Origin: Marsupella aquatica
Taxonomy: Eukaryota > Plantae > Marchantiophyta
DNA length: 64,000 bases
Reading direction: 5' to 3'
NCBI GenBank assembly: GCA_973895155.1
Contig: OZ316892.1
Coordinates: 2,979,223-3,043,222, forward strand
Shown here: positions 62,700 through 64,000 of the stretch, one piece after another
How positions within the stretch are numbered: position 1 is the first letter of the stretch
Layout of the letters: each line of letters begins with the position of its first letter
Position numbers and translations under genes: made by a program
Notes under the pieces: generated by a model
What the model was told of the DNA's origin: nothing
What the model saw: the letters and a program-made list of their open reading frames with translations, nothing else
Database searches by the model: none

Positions 62700-63260
62700 T
62701 TAGGTTTTCGGCAAAGCTTCCAACGCAGCTTGCTCGGCTACCGTCTGCAAGGACTTCAGATTGCACTTGATCACCGTGTCCACAAACACGCATGTATCTG
62801 GAGCCGTGTTTCCTTCAGCTATGTCCGAGACATAGGACTCGATCACTAACGTCCCTCGCCGACCCTTGCTGATCCGCTCGTGCAACGACGTCACGGACCA
62901 GTAATTCCTCAGCCTGTGGCCGCCCCCGAGAATCCTGAAACTGATTATGTGGTTCGCATCGTCAAGCACCTCGAGCCGCTCGATGCTGCTCGTCCCTGGC
63001 AGTCCGGACACCAGTCTCACCTCCCTCACGCTGCCCGGCCGGCCATCGCCTGTCAAAAGCGAGCAGCTCTGCAGGAACTGCTTGTAGCTCTGCGGCTGAT
63101 CGAACCGTCGCAGTATTCCCCAGACCACTTCTGTGGGTGCATCGATCTCCTGGAACAACGTGGATCCGCATTGGTTTGCTTGGATTTTCTCATTGTGATG
63201 TCTTCTAACCAAATCCCTCTCCTCTTCGTTCAATTTCTCATCGTGCTCTGTCCCGCCCAT
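62700..63260 (-). CDS. PYL: PYR/PYL/RCAR abscisic acid receptor (START/Bet v1 fold), intronless, 186 aa
   Basis: [17 protein letters not shown] (ABA-binding Lys), gate [14 protein letters not shown], latch [21 protein letters not shown] and [13 protein letters not shown]. Confidence 0.95.
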   Translation of the reverse strand: MGGTEHDEKLNEEERDLVRRHHNEKIQANQCGSTLFQEIDAPTEVVWGILRRFDQPQSYKQFLQSCSLLTGDGRPGSVREVRLVSGLPGTSSIERLEVLDDANHIISFRILGGGHRLRNYWSVTSLHERISKGRRGTLVIESYVSDIAEGNTAPDTCVFVDTVIKCNLKSLQTVAEQAALEALPKT

Positions 63261-63289
63261 CGCCGTCCCTCCAAGTGAGTAGTGTTGGT

Positions 63290-63800
63290 CGATCTGTACC
63301 TCCTTCGCTCCCGCACCTATCTACAGACCATTCCTCCTATCACTTCCTCTTCCTCGTCCAACTCATCTCTCCTCTTCTCTTCTCTTCTCTCCTCTCCTCT
63401 CCTCTGCTCTCCTCTCCTCTTCACCCTTCAAATAGTCAAAGTCTGGAACAAACAACAATCTTCCTCTCCTCTTTCTCACTTCCTAATCCTGTTCAGCTCC
63501 TCTCGACTCTTGTCTCGTTCTCACTTCCTGTTCCTCTTCATCTCCTCTCGACTCCTCATACAACTTATCTCTCCTCGTCGTCCTTCAGATTCTCAAATTC
63601 TGGAAAGCATCACAATCTTCCTCTCCTCTTCCTCTCACACCACGTTTCTGCTCTCGGCTCCTCTTTCCACCTCTTCCGCATTCACATCCTCAGAGATTCG
63701 CGCACGAAATCATCTTTTCTCTTCCTCTTCGACTTACAACCGATTTGTGCCTCTCGACTCCTCGTTCTCTGGGCTCCTCCTTCGCTCGACCTCACCTTGT
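63290..63800. repeat. Long CT-rich (minus-strand GA-rich) low-complexity tract upstream of PYL, probably 5'UTR/promoter
   Basis: (ctcct)n/(cttct)n runs at about 63365-63420 within about 500 nt of strong pyrimidine skew. Confidence 0.7.
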
Positions 63801-64000
63801 TCTCTCGACGAAGCGCAGATTCATTCTGGAACCTGGAATGATCTAAAGGTGATCGCCTGATCGGAAAGCAGAGCAACAGGATAAGAACTGTCGGAGACAA
63901 GATTTTTTAACGTGGTGATCACATCTCCAACAAAATTGGAATCGCCGTCTGCAAAGAGTGCTGACTTTACTGAGGATATGAGTGGATATTAGAGAAGAGG

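Noticed and set aside
63275-63860. 188-aa and 192-aa Ser/Leu-rich ORFs
   Set aside because: Artefacts of the CT-rich tract, which lacks stop codons.

Overview
Eukaryotic genomic DNA from a land plant, with GT-AG introns. A delta-tubulin (a centriole/basal-body protein) beside a plastid-type GSH1 and a PYL receptor points to a non-seed plant with flagellated sperm, probably a bryophyte such as a liverwort (inference). Three spliced housekeeping genes were reconstructed by hand: delta-tubulin (+, 5 exons), glutamate-cysteine ligase GSH1 (-, 15 exons) and an SF3B3/DDB1/CPSF160-family beta-propeller gene like Arabidopsis At3g11960 (+, 15 exons). The window also holds a full-length but decayed 8.2-kb Ty1/copia element with LTRs, PBS, PPT and a CCATG target-site duplication, and an intronless PYL ABA receptor (-). 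The accessory region at about 46-62 kb is the most unusual part. It contains a miRNA-like hairpin, an intronless alpha-kinase (eEF2K/MHCK/TRPM7 fold) with altered catalytic residues, a secreted S-protein-homologue gene, a MAP3K-like kinase relic, a related LTR remnant and several tandem arrays, one of them an alternating 46+46-nt higher-order repeat. All calls come from manual reading and recalled family motifs; no database searches were run.
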